This document shows, in pieces, positions 55,620 to 64,000 of a DNA stretch of 64,000 bases; the stretch's first letter is position 1, and every line of letters begins with the position of its first letter. Under the pieces are notes generated by a model. The model searched no databases. It was not told where the DNA came from and saw only the letters and a program-made list of their open reading frames with translations. The stretch is from Acidimicrobiia bacterium (GTDB lineage: Bacteria; Actinomycetota; Acidimicrobiia; IMCC26256; JACDBD01): the NCBI GenBank assembly GCA_051002235.1, contig JBPCMN010000042.1, forward strand, positions 2,903 to 66,902, written 5' to 3'. A program made the position numbers and the translations under genes.

Positions 55620-55691
55620 GAGCGTCCCGCAGGGCGGCCGCCGGCCAGCCCGGTCGAGGATGGCCCGGCGGACGAGGCGAGGCGACCATGA
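55620..55691 (+). repeat. 72-nt conserved intergenic element, copy B (upstream of thiolase)
   Basis: 69/72 identical to 25393-25464. Lies in the divergent paaI/thiolase spacer and ends 52 nt before the thiolase ATG. Confidence 0.75.
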
Positions 55692-55743
55692 GGACGGCAG
55701 GTATCCTGCCGCCGAGAGTGCGGCGAAAGAAGAGGAGCCCTCC

Positions 55744-56907
55744 ATGGCCACCGCGGTCATCGTTGATGCCGTCCGTACCCCCCTCGGGCGCCGCAACGGC
55801 AAGCTCAAGGACACCCATCCGGTCGACCTCGCCGCCCAGACGCTGCAGGCGATCGTCGAGCGCAACGGCGTCGACCCCGCGCTCGTCGACGACGTGATCA
55901 TGGGCTGCGTCATGCAGGTCGGCGACCAGGCCATCAACGTGGGCCGAAACGCCGCGCTGGCCGCCGGGTTCCCCGAGTCGGTGGTCGGCACCACCGTCGA
56001 CCGGCAGTGCGGGTCGTCGCAGCAGGCCGCCCACTTCGCCGCCCAGGGCGTCATCGCGGGCGCGTACGACGTGGTGATCGCGGCCGGTGTCGAGAACATG
56101 ACCCGCGTGCCGATGGGCGCGTCGGTGATCCCCGGGAGCCTCCCCTTCGGGCCCAAGATGATGTCCCGCTACCAGGACCCCGGCCTCGTTCCCCAGGGCA
56201 TCTCGGCCGAGCTGATCTCCGAGAAGTGGAACATCTCCCGGGAGGACAACGACCGGTTCTCGGTGGAGTCCCACCTGCGGGCGGCGCGCGCCACCGACGA
56301 GGGCCGCTTCGAGCACGAGATCGTCCCGGTCGGGGTGACGACCGAGGAGGGCAAGGAGGAGTTCAGCCGCGACGAGGGATTCCGGCCCGACACCTCGATG
56401 GAGAAGCTGGCGACCCTCAAGCCCGCGTTCAAGCCCGACGGCGTCATCACCGCGGCCAACTCGTCGCAGATCAGCGACGGCGCCGCCGCGGTGCTCGTCA
56501 TGAGCGAGGAGAAGGCCAGCGAGCTCGGCCTCACACCCAAGGCGCGCTTCCACGCGTTCGCCCTCGCCGGTGTCGACCCCGTCATGATGCTGACCGGCCC
56601 GATCCCGGCGACGACGAAGGTGCTCGAGCGGGCCAAGATGACCCTCGACCAGATGGATCTGGTCGAGATCAACGAGGCGTTCGCGCCGGTGGTGCTCGCG
56701 TGGGAGAAGGAGCACCACCCCGACATGAGCAAGGTCAACGTCAACGGCGGCGCGATCGCCATCGGCCACCCGCTGGGGTGCTCGGGCGCGCGCCTCATGG
56801 CGACGCTGGTGCACGAGCTCGACCGCACCGGCGGGCGCTGGGGCCTCCAGACCATGTGCGAGGGCGGCGGCATGGCCAACGCCACCGTCATCGAGCGCCT
56901 GGGGTAG
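55744..56907 (+). CDS. acetyl-CoA C-acetyltransferase (thiolase)
   Basis: ORF 55579.. trimmed to ATG 55744 (SD GAAGAGGAG). Active-site VDRQCGSSQQA and C-terminal NVNGGAIAIGHPLGCSGAR. Confidence 0.9.
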   Translation: MATAVIVDAVRTPLGRRNGKLKDTHPVDLAAQTLQAIVERNGVDPALVDDVIMGCVMQVGDQAINVGRNAALAAGFPESVVGTTVDRQCGSSQQAAHFAAQGVIAGAYDVVIAAGVENMTRVPMGASVIPGSLPFGPKMMSRYQDPGLVPQGISAELISEKWNISREDNDRFSVESHLRAARATDEGRFEHEIVPVGVTTEEGKEEFSRDEGFRPDTSMEKLATLKPAFKPDGVITAANSSQISDGAAAVLVMSEEKASELGLTPKARFHAFALAGVDPVMMLTGPIPATTKVLERAKMTLDQMDLVEINEAFAPVVLAWEKEHHPDMSKVNVNGGAIAIGHPLGCSGARLMATLVHELDRTGGRWGLQTMCEGGGMANATVIERLG

Positions 56908-56954
56908 CCCTGCTCTCGGACGCGCTTCGGATCGCCCTCGCGGTCTTCGCCGCG

Positions 56955-57158
56955 GTGACGATCTACGTGATCGGCGCCGGGATCCTGAAGAAGTTCAAGA
57001 TCGCGCCGCCCGAGGAGCCCGATCCGGCCGACCTACGGCCGGTCGACGCCCGGTTCCGGTGCGCAGTGTGCGGGGCCGAGGTGACGATGACCGTGTCGGC
57101 CACCGACGAGCCCGAAGCCCCCCGGCACTGCCGCGAGGACATGGTCCGCCTGCCTTGA
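56955..57158 (+). CDS. small TM plus zinc-ribbon-like protein, start uncertain
   Basis: Frame is open from the thiolase stop. The predicted TM (ALRIALAVFAAVTIYVIGAGIL) begins upstream of the first canonical start, GTG 56955. C-terminus has CAVCG...HC. Confidence 0.35.
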   Translation: MTIYVIGAGILKKFKIAPPEEPDPADLRPVDARFRCAVCGAEVTMTVSATDEPEAPRHCREDMVRLP

Positions 57159-57185
57159 TTTATTGGCTCTGACCTGCGCAAACGC

Positions 57186-57212
57186 GGGTTTTCCCCAGAT
57201 GGGGGATAACCC
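57186..57212. terminator. bidirectional terminator-like hairpin between convergent genes
   Basis: GGGTT-T-TCCCC-AGAT-GGGGA-T-AACCC: 10-bp stem with one T:T mismatch, in the low-GC 88-nt spacer before the crgA stop. Confidence 0.45.
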
Positions 57213-57246
57213 TGTGGGAAGTTACAGCAGTGGCATTTGCTGGCCT

Positions 57247-57477
57247 TTAGCGGAGGCGGGTCGAGAGGACGAAGCCGCCGGTGATGAGGCCGAGGCCGAC
57301 GAAGAGGAAGCTGTTGCTGGCCTCCCCGAAGAGCAGCTCGAGGTAGTTGAGGATCACCACCACGACGCCCGCCAGCATCATCGTGAACATCGTGGCCGGC
57401 ACCCACAGCTTGCTGGGCGGCGCCTTCTGCGGCGCCGGCGGCGTGTAGCGCGATCGCTTGCTCTTCGACGGGGGCAT
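57247..57477 (-). CDS. crgA: cell division protein CrgA
   Basis: ORF trimmed to ATG 57477. MPPSKSKRSRYTPPAP...WVPATMFTMMLAGVVVVILNY...FLFVGLGLITGGF is the two-TM CrgA pattern. Confidence 0.85.
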   Translation of the reverse strand: MPPSKSKRSRYTPPAPQKAPPSKLWVPATMFTMMLAGVVVVILNYLELLFGEASNSFLFVGLGLITGGFVLSTRLR

Positions 57478-57510
57478 CGGCGCGGAGGATAACCGTCGAG
57501 CGGATCGCCG

Positions 57511-58131
57511 ATGGCGCGTTACCGTGCGCTCGTGTCTGCGCGAGTGGTCGTGATCGACAACTACGACTCGTTCGTCTACAACCTTGTCCAGTACCTCGGC
57601 GAGCTCGGTGCCGAGCCGGTCGTGCACCGACACGACCAGGTGACGCTGGCCGAGCTGCGCGACCTCGCCCCCGACGCGGTGCTGGTGTCACCCGGCCCCG
57701 GCCGACCCGAGGATGCCGGCATCTCCAACGACGCCATCTGCGAGTTCGGTGAGCGGGGCGTGCCCGTGCTGGGGGTGTGCCTGGGCCATCAATGCATCGG
57801 CGCGCTCTACGGCGGCGACGTCGTGCGGGCGCCGCAGGTGATGCACGGCAAGACCTCGGAGATCAATCACGACGGGGCCGGCGTGTTCGCGGGTCTCCCC
57901 GACCCGATCACGGCCACCCGCTACCACTCGCTCGTCGTGGCCCGCGACACGGTCCCGCCCGACCTGGTGGTTAGCGCCGAGAGCGAGGATGGGTTGGTCA
58001 TGGGGCTGCGCCACCGCGACCTACCGGTCGAGGGCGTGCAGTTCCATCCCGAATCCATCCTCACCGAGTCGGGCCACGCGCTGTTGAAGAACTTCCTGAA
58101 CCAGGCCGGGGCTACGGCAGCGAAGCCATAG
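57511..58131 (+). CDS. trpG: glutamine amidotransferase, anthranilate/aminodeoxychorismate synthase component II
   Basis: VVVIDNYDSFVYNLVQYLGELG, catalytic GVCLGHQ, HPES. Start may be GTG 57532 or 57544 instead of ATG 57511. Confidence 0.9.
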   Translation: MARYRALVSARVVVIDNYDSFVYNLVQYLGELGAEPVVHRHDQVTLAELRDLAPDAVLVSPGPGRPEDAGISNDAICEFGERGVPVLGVCLGHQCIGALYGGDVVRAPQVMHGKTSEINHDGAGVFAGLPDPITATRYHSLVVARDTVPPDLVVSAESEDGLVMGLRHRDLPVEGVQFHPESILTESGHALLKNFLNQAGATAAKP

Positions 58132-58804
58132 TTCCGTGCACGGCGGCGAGGCCGTCGGCGACGAGCGACGCCAGCGCGTCGGCGTCGAGCGCACCGGCGG
58201 CGGCCGGCCCGGCGCGCAGCTGGGCCAGCACCCGGCCCCGCCGCTGGCGGAACGATCCCTCGAAGCGCGCCTGACGCGTCCGGCGCTCGCCATTGACCGG
58301 TCCGTGCGCGGTGCACTGCGGCGCCAGCGGACATTCGTCGCAGCGGGGGTCGCGCGGGCGGCAAACGAGCGACCCGAGGTCCATGAGCGCGAGGAGGCGG
58401 TCGCGCCCGCCCAACGGCCCACCGAGCTCGAGGGCGGAGGCCTCGGCTTCGCGCGGCGTGAGGCGACGGCCGGCGATCCGCTCGACCACCCGGCGGATGT
58501 TGACGTCGACCGCGACCACGTCGGCGTCGTCCGCCTGCGCCGCGACTGCCCCGGCGGTGTACCGGCCGACGCCGGGAAGGTCGGTGAGGTCGTCGGGCCA
58601 GCCCCGCGCGGTGATCACCACCGCCGCCTCCCACAGCCGCCGGGCCCGACGCGGGTACCCGAGGCGACCCCATGCCGCGATTACCGCGCCCGGCCCGGCG
58701 GCCGCCATCACCCCCGGATCGGGGAAGCGGGCGATGAACCCGGGCCAGGCCGCCGCGACCCGGGACACCTGCGTTTGGTGCAGCATCACCTCCGACACGA
58801 GCAC
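58112..58804 (-). CDS. HhH-GPD / 4Fe-4S adenine glycosylase (MutY-like, no NUDIX-like C-domain); homology extends upstream to ~58880
   Basis: SEVMLHQTQV, LPGVGRYTAGAV, Fe-S cluster CRPRDPRCDECPLAPQC. The conserved N-terminal LGHWYARHGRHALAWR is encoded upstream of the first start codon. Confidence 0.75.
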   Translation of the reverse strand: MLVSEVMLHQTQVSRVAAAWPGFIARFPDPGVMAAAGPGAVIAAWGRLGYPRRARRLWEAAVVITARGWPDDLTDLPGVGRYTAGAVAAQADDADVVAVDVNIRRVVERIAGRRLTPREAEASALELGGPLGGRDRLLALMDLGSLVCRPRDPRCDECPLAPQCTAHGPVNGERRTRQARFEGSFRQRRGRVLAQLRAGPAAAGALDADALASLVADGLAAVHGTMASLP

Positions 58805-58881
58805 GGGCCAGCGATCGCGGATCGCCCGCCAGGCGAGCGCGTGCCGGCCGTGGCGCGCGTACCAGTGTCCGAGTCGAGCGT

Positions 58882-60762
58882 CTACGGTGACTGCCCCACG
58901 ACGATCATCACCGTCGAGCCCTTCGGGGCCTGGCCACCCGACGGTGACTGCGCCGTGACCAGGCCGTTCTGCGCCGGCGCCGACGGGGCGAAGCTCGTGA
59001 TCACGTTGAACCCCGCGAAGATCAGCATGTCCTGGGCCGCCGCCTGGGTCTGGCCCACGGTATTGGGCACGTTGACCATCGACGGGCCGTTCGACACGTA
59101 GAGGATGAGCGCGGTGCCCTTGCGCTGCCGGGTGCCCTCGGCAGGATCGGTGCGGGTGGCGCGCCCGGCCGGGATCGTGTCGTGAGGCTCGGGCCGGACC
59201 GTCACCTCGAAGCCGGCGAAACGGAGGTTCGCCTCAGCCTGCGCCTGGGGCAGATTGGCCACGCCCGGGATGTCGACCGCCGGCTCCTTGGCCACGAACA
59301 GCGTCACCGGCGGCTGGCCGCTCTTGAGGACCTCGCCACCGGCGGGCGGGTCGGTCCGCAACACCTGGCCGGGAGGCTGCTCGCTCTCCTCCTCGGTGAC
59401 CACGATGCTCGCGGGCCCGGGCGCCAATCCCTTACTCCTGAGCTCGTTCTCGGCGTCGCCGCGCTGCTTTCCGACCAGGTTCGGCATCAGGAACTTCGAG
59501 GCGCTCACGGTCAGCTCGACCGTTCCGCCCTTCTTGAGCTTCTCGCCCGAGGCCGGATCCTGCCCCAGCACCTGGTTCTCGGCCTGGTTGCTCTCCTCGT
59601 CGTTGCGCTTGACCTCGAATCCCTTCGCTTCGAGGGCGAGCTTCGCCTCGTCGAAGGTCTGGCCGACGACGTCGGGAACGGCCACAGTCGGGGCGCTGCT
59701 GCCCCGTTCGGGTGTGAACACCCCCGTGATCAGGCCGATCATCGCCGCGATCAACAGGACCCCGAGGATGGAGGCCACGACCGCGCCGACCACCTTGCGG
59801 GAACTGCGGCGCGGGGCGTAGTCGCCGGGCGGATAGTCGCCCGTCGGCGGTACGGCCTGGGTCTGGGCCACCGCCTCACCCGTGGGGAGGGCGGTGACGA
59901 CGGCCGTGACCGGGGCGGCGCTCGGCGCCTTCCCCCGCCCGAACCGCACCAGGTCGTCGCGCAGGTCGTCGGCCGACTGGTAGCGGCTGTCGAGGTCCTT
60001 CGACATCGCCGACAGCACGATGCGCTCGAGGTCGTGCGGCACCGACGGCACCTGCTCGCTGAGCATCGGAGGCTCCTCGCGCACGTGCTTGTACGCGACC
60101 GCCACCGGGGTATCGCCGCTGAACGGCGGCTCCCCGCTCAACATCTCGTAGAGCACGACGCCGAGTGAGTAGACGTCGGATCGCCCGTCGACGGGCAGGC
60201 CCTGGGCCTGCTCGGGAGAGAAGTAGGTAGCGGTGCCCATGACCGCGCCGGTCTGGGTGAGGGCCTCCTTGGTGTCGGCCTGGGTGGCTCGGGCGATCCC
60301 GAAGTCGGTGACCTTGACCCGCCCGGTTTCGGTGAGCAGCACGTTGCCGGGCTTGATGTCGCGGTGGACGACGCCGCTGCGGTGGGCGAACGCCAACGCC
60401 TCCGCGATCTCGGCGCCGATCTCGGCGGACTGGGCGGGAGCAAGCGGCCCGTCGGCGTGGATGAGGTCGCGCAAGCTGCGGCCCTCGATGTACTCCATCA
60501 CGATGAAATAGGTGCCGCGCTCCTGGCCCCAGTCGTAGATGGCGACGATGTTGGGGTGGCTCAGGTTGGCGGCGGCCTGGGCCTCGCGCCGGAACCGCTC
60601 CACGAAGCTCGGGTCGCGGGCGAACTCGGGGAAGAGCACCTTGACCGCCACCAGCCGGTCGAGCAGCTGGTCGCGGGCGAGGTACACCTGCGCCATGCCG
60701 CCCCGGGCGATGCCGCGTTCGATCTCGTAACGGTCCGAGAAGCTGTTCGCGACCTCCGTCAT
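58882..60762 (-). CDS. pknB: Ser/Thr protein kinase PknB with four PASTA repeats
   Basis: VAVKVL, HRDIKPGNVL, DFGIAR, TM VVGAVVASILGVLLIAAMIGLI, then four PASTA-like repeats (VPDVVGQ..., MPNLVGK..., IPGVANL..., VPNTVGQ...). Confidence 0.9.
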   Translation of the reverse strand: MTEVANSFSDRYEIERGIARGGMAQVYLARDQLLDRLVAVKVLFPEFARDPSFVERFRREAQAAANLSHPNIVAIYDWGQERGTYFIVMEYIEGRSLRDLIHADGPLAPAQSAEIGAEIAEALAFAHRSGVVHRDIKPGNVLLTETGRVKVTDFGIARATQADTKEALTQTGAVMGTATYFSPEQAQGLPVDGRSDVYSLGVVLYEMLSGEPPFSGDTPVAVAYKHVREEPPMLSEQVPSVPHDLERIVLSAMSKDLDSRYQSADDLRDDLVRFGRGKAPSAAPVTAVVTALPTGEAVAQTQAVPPTGDYPPGDYAPRRSSRKVVGAVVASILGVLLIAAMIGLITGVFTPERGSSAPTVAVPDVVGQTFDEAKLALEAKGFEVKRNDEESNQAENQVLGQDPASGEKLKKGGTVELTVSASKFLMPNLVGKQRGDAENELRSKGLAPGPASIVVTEEESEQPPGQVLRTDPPAGGEVLKSGQPPVTLFVAKEPAVDIPGVANLPQAQAEANLRFAGFEVTVRPEPHDTIPAGRATRTDPAEGTRQRKGTALILYVSNGPSMVNVPNTVGQTQAAAQDMLIFAGFNVITSFAPSAPAQNGLVTAQSPSGGQAPKGSTVMIVVGQSP

Positions 60763-60827
60763 CGCGTCAAAACTCTACCTGTCGCCTCTCGCGATTCCCC
60801 GGAAGCGCGCTTCGCGACCGAGCGCGC

Positions 60828-62282
60828 TCATCGCAACAGCAGTTCCATCATCTGGCGGGCGAGCGGTGCCGCAACCCGGCCGCCGGTGGCGTCGCCACCC
60901 GCGCTGCCTCCCCCCTCGACGAGGACGGCCACGACGACCTGGGGATCCTCGGCCGGCGCGAACCCGACGAACCAGCTGTGGGGCGAGGTGATCTCGTTCT
61001 GGGCGGTGCCGGTCTTGCCCGCGACGGTGACCCCCGGGATCTGCGCCGCCTGGCCGGTGCCGGCCTGCACGACCGACACCATCATCCCCTTCACGGTCTC
61101 GGCGGTGCCGGCCGCCATTGCCGTCTTCCACGTTTCGTCGTCGAACGTGCGCACAGTCCCGCCCTCGGCGTCGGTTATCTCCGCCATCACATGCGGCTTC
61201 ATGATCTGTCCGTCATTCGCGACCGCCGCGCCGACCAGGGCGAGCTGGAGCGGGGTGGTGAACACGTCGCCCTGCCCGATGCCGGCGAACGCGAACAGGG
61301 GCTGGTTCTGCTGGAACGACCCCGCTGCCGGCCCTCCACTCGCGGCCGCGCCGGGCGAGAGGTCGAGCGGCGGCGACGAGCCGATCCCGAACGCCTCCAT
61401 CCCCGGCACGAAGCTGTCAGCGAGCTGGAGCCCGATGGCGCCGAAGGTGGTGTTGCACGACTGGCGGAAGCTCTCCGCCACCGTTCCGCCGCAGGTGAGG
61501 GTGGCGAAGTTCTTGAGCGTCGCGTCGGTCTGGGGCAGGTCGATCTCGCGCACCGCCGGGAACGGCGTGTCCGGGTTGACGACCCCGGCGTCGAGCGCGA
61601 CCGAGGTGGTCACGATCTTGAACGTCGAGCCCGGCGGGTAGCGCTCGCGGTACGCCCGGGCGAGGTCGGGCTTGTCGGGGTTCTGCTGGAGCTGCTCGCC
61701 GAAGAGCTGCACCGCGTCGGTGTCGTGCCCCGAGAACGGGCTGGGGTCGTACGACGGGTTGGAGTACATCGCGAGGATGGCGCCGCTGTCGGGGTCGAGC
61801 GCGACGACGGACCCCTTCTGGCCGCCGAGCAGGTCACGGGCGAGCGCCTGGGCCTCGGCGGTGACGGAGAGCACGACGGTGCCGGTGTTCTCCTTGCCGG
61901 CGAAGATGTCGCCGAGATTGCGCAGGTCGAGCTCGAGGTCGCGGCCGACGAGCTCGTCGTTGTAGGTGTTCTCGACCCCGGAGTTGCCGAAGACGAACGA
62001 CTGGTAGCCGACGATCTGGGCGAACAGGTCAGCCTGGGGGTACTCGCGCTGGAGGTCGAAGTCGTCGCCGTCCTCGTCCGGCACCGATTGGGCCACGACC
62101 TGCCCGTCGGCGGTCACGATGTCGCCCCGGGGACGCGAGAAGTCCCGGATCGCCTTGCGCACGTTGCGGGGGTCGTTGGCGAGCTCGTCGGCGTGGAAGA
62201 CCTGCAGATAGGTCAGCTGCCCGGCCAGGGCGAGGATCAGGGCGGTGCAGGCGAGCCCGACCCGGCGGATGGCGCGGTTCAC
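60828..62282 (-). CDS. pbpA: class B penicillin-binding protein (PbpA, transpeptidase)
   Basis: N-terminal TM, SxxK (PPGSTFK), KTGTAQ. Operon position between rodA and pknB. Confidence 0.9.
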   Translation of the reverse strand: MNRAIRRVGLACTALILALAGQLTYLQVFHADELANDPRNVRKAIRDFSRPRGDIVTADGQVVAQSVPDEDGDDFDLQREYPQADLFAQIVGYQSFVFGNSGVENTYNDELVGRDLELDLRNLGDIFAGKENTGTVVLSVTAEAQALARDLLGGQKGSVVALDPDSGAILAMYSNPSYDPSPFSGHDTDAVQLFGEQLQQNPDKPDLARAYRERYPPGSTFKIVTTSVALDAGVVNPDTPFPAVREIDLPQTDATLKNFATLTCGGTVAESFRQSCNTTFGAIGLQLADSFVPGMEAFGIGSSPPLDLSPGAAASGGPAAGSFQQNQPLFAFAGIGQGDVFTTPLQLALVGAAVANDGQIMKPHVMAEITDAEGGTVRTFDDETWKTAMAAGTAETVKGMMVSVVQAGTGQAAQIPGVTVAGKTGTAQNEITSPHSWFVGFAPAEDPQVVVAVLVEGGGSAGGDATGGRVAAPLARQMMELLLR

Positions 62283-62292
62283 GGTTGCATTC

Positions 62293-63630
62293 TCACTGGC
62301 GGACCGTGACCGCGGCCCGGCTCGCCTGCGTTTCGGCCCGCGCCGCGGTCTCGTCCGAGATGCGCAGTAGCAACGCCAGGATCACGAAGTTCGCGATCAA
62401 CGACGAACCGCCGTAGGAGATGAACGGGAGGGTGATGCCGGTCAGGGGGATCAACCGGGTCACGCCACCCAGGATGAGGAACGTCTGAACCCCGACGATC
62501 GCGGTCAACCCCGCAGCGAACAGCTGCGAGAAGGGGCGGTCGGCCTGGACCGCGATCCGGAAGCCGGTGCCGATGACCAACAGGAACGCGATCAGGATCG
62601 CGATGGTCCCGAGCAGGCCCACCTCCTCGCCGATGGCGGAGAACACGAAGTCGGTGGGCGCATTGGGGATCTTCTCGGGGCTGCCGAGCCCGAGCCCGGT
62701 GCCGGCGAAGCCGCCGGTCCCGAAGGCGAACAACGATTGGGTGATCTGGAACCCCTCGTCGCCGGCGACCGGCCACGGATTCTTCCAGGTCGAGATGCGC
62801 ACCTGCACGTGGTCGAACATCTGGTACGCGACCAGCGCGCCCGAGACGAACAGCCCGAGCCCGGCGAGCAGGTAGACCGCCCGCTCGGTCGCCATGTAGA
62901 GCATGGCCGCGAACACCGCGAAGAACAGGAGCGACGACCCCAGGTCCTTCTCCTGGACCATGACGATGATCGACACGCCCCAGGCGAGCAGGAGCGGCCC
63001 CAGGTGCTTGGGGTCGGGGAGCCGCATGCGGCCGAGACGGCGGCTGCCGGCGGCGAGCAGCTCGCGCTTGTCGACCAGATAGGCGGCGAAGAAGATCACC
63101 ACCAGGACCTTGGCGGCCTCGCCCGGTTGGAAGTTGATGGGGCCGAGCCCCACCCACAGACGGGCGCCGTTGATCTCCTGGCCGACCCCGGGGACGAGCG
63201 GCAACAGCAGCGCGCCCAGGCCGAGGACGAGGAACGTGTAGCGGTAGCGCTCCAGCGTGTTGACGCGCCGGACGAACATGAGCGTGAGCACGAACGCCCC
63301 GACGCCGAGCGCGATCCACAACGACTGGATCCGGGCGAGGTCGCGGTCGAGCCGGGAGATCGTGATGAAGCCGACGCCGTTGAGCAGCGCCACGATGGGC
63401 AGCAGCGTGCCGTCGGCTCGCGGCGCAAGGCGGCGCACCGCGAGGTGCGCGATCACGAGCAACCCGATGACCACGCCGAGGATCGCCCAGAGGTCGGGGG
63501 GCAGCTCGGGCCCGTCGGCCAGCAGCAGCAACACGTAGCCCCCGGCGGTGACGACGACCGCGAGGATGCTGAGCCACAACTCGGACGCGCGCCGGCGCAG
63601 GCCGGTCACGCTTGCGATCGCGGCGCTCAC
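62293..63630 (-). CDS. rodA: SEDS-family peptidoglycan polymerase RodA/FtsW
   Basis: ORF trimmed to GTG 63630, which overlaps the upstream stop (GTGA). 10-TM FtsW/RodA/SpoVE pattern (LPDPKHLGPLLL...TDFVFSAIGEE...GITLPFISYGGSS). Confidence 0.9.
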   Translation of the reverse strand: MSAAIASVTGLRRRASELWLSILAVVVTAGGYVLLLLADGPELPPDLWAILGVVIGLLVIAHLAVRRLAPRADGTLLPIVALLNGVGFITISRLDRDLARIQSLWIALGVGAFVLTLMFVRRVNTLERYRYTFLVLGLGALLLPLVPGVGQEINGARLWVGLGPINFQPGEAAKVLVVIFFAAYLVDKRELLAAGSRRLGRMRLPDPKHLGPLLLAWGVSIIVMVQEKDLGSSLLFFAVFAAMLYMATERAVYLLAGLGLFVSGALVAYQMFDHVQVRISTWKNPWPVAGDEGFQITQSLFAFGTGGFAGTGLGLGSPEKIPNAPTDFVFSAIGEEVGLLGTIAILIAFLLVIGTGFRIAVQADRPFSQLFAAGLTAIVGVQTFLILGGVTRLIPLTGITLPFISYGGSSLIANFVILALLLRISDETAARAETQASRAAVTVRQ

Positions 63631-64000
63631 GCCGGGGGCGGCGGGGGTGGGGGCACGGTGGTGGTGGTCGTCGTGGTGGTCGTCGAGCCGGCCGTCTCCC
63701 GGTCTTCGATCTTCTGGTCGAGCCGCTCGACGAAGGCGTCGGCCTTGTCGCGGGACGAGAAGCGCTTGCCGCCGTCGATGTCGTTGCGTTCGGCCTCGGT
63801 GAGATCGGCCACCTTGATCGGCGTCCGCTCTTCGAGCGTCGGGTCCCAGCCGAGCAGGCCGCCGGGCACGCCCTGGAACACGGTGACGCGGGCGCGGTCG
63901 ATGTCGACGAAGTACGTCCGGCGGGCGTACCAACCCACCGCGGTGAAGGCGAGGCCGAGGACGAGCACCACCGGGAGCACCCAGAGCAGCACCCGCGCGA
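63627..64000 (-). CDS. pstP: C-terminal part of PstP-like PP2C phosphatase (TM plus extracellular domain); continues past right edge
   Basis: TM VLPVVLVLGLAFTAVGWY, then an extracytoplasmic domain ending in poly-Thr/poly-Pro. Called mainly from synteny (pstP-rodA-pbpA-pknB). Confidence 0.55.
   Translation of the reverse strand, partial: ARVLLWVLPVVLVLGLAFTAVGWYARRTYFVDIDRARVTVFQGVPGGLLGWDPTLEERTPIKVADLTEAERNDIDGGKRFSSRDKADAFVERLDQKIEDRETAGSTTTTTTTTTVPPPPPPPA

Overview
Very GC-rich Actinomycetota-type chromosome segment spanning the replication origin. Left of dnaA, mostly on the minus strand: dcd, tRNA-Gly, a modE-like regulator with modABC, nucS, dnaB, rplI-rpsR-ssb-rpsF, panB, PadR-ino1, cca, NfeD/SPFH, HDAC/GNAT, an Rv3909-like protein with murJ, degV, a Ser/Thr kinase, ECF sigma/anti-sigma, trxB-trxA, a cwlM-like gene, then parB-parA-rsmG-jag-yidC-yidD-rnpA-rpmH. 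Right of it, mostly on the plus strand: dnaA, oriC, dnaN, recF, DUF721/DciA-like, gyrB, gyrA, DUF3566, tRNA-Ile, a 3-gene cassette, tRNA-Ala, PAP2, two tandem histidine kinases, PaaI thioesterase, thiolase, crgA, trpG, a MutY-like glycosylase and pknB-pbpA-rodA-pstP. This order matches the mycobacterial ori neighbourhood. Most of the window is core housekeeping. I saw no CRISPR, transposase, prophage or recognisable defence system. Non-routine items: (1) a 553-aa LAGLIDADG intein in the Toprim motif of gyrB, with Ser1, a Lys-Asn C-terminus and an embedded XRE-type HTH, followed by an AT-rich tract that looks like homing co-conversion; (2) a 72-nt element present twice (69/72 identical), same orientation and similar spacing, upstream of degV and of a thiolase gene; (3) rnpA, whose only canonical start is an ATG 4 nt upstream of the rpmH start, which would nest rpmH out of frame as in Thermus; (4) tandem paralogous histidine kinases with no response regulator nearby; (5) ribosomal protein S18 with a ~100-aa tail; (6) a MutY-like gene whose conserved N-terminus lies upstream of any start codon; (7) ORFs that start 2-6 nt after tRNA 3' ends. 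Many long ORFs in the six-frame track are GC-driven artefacts and were ignored.
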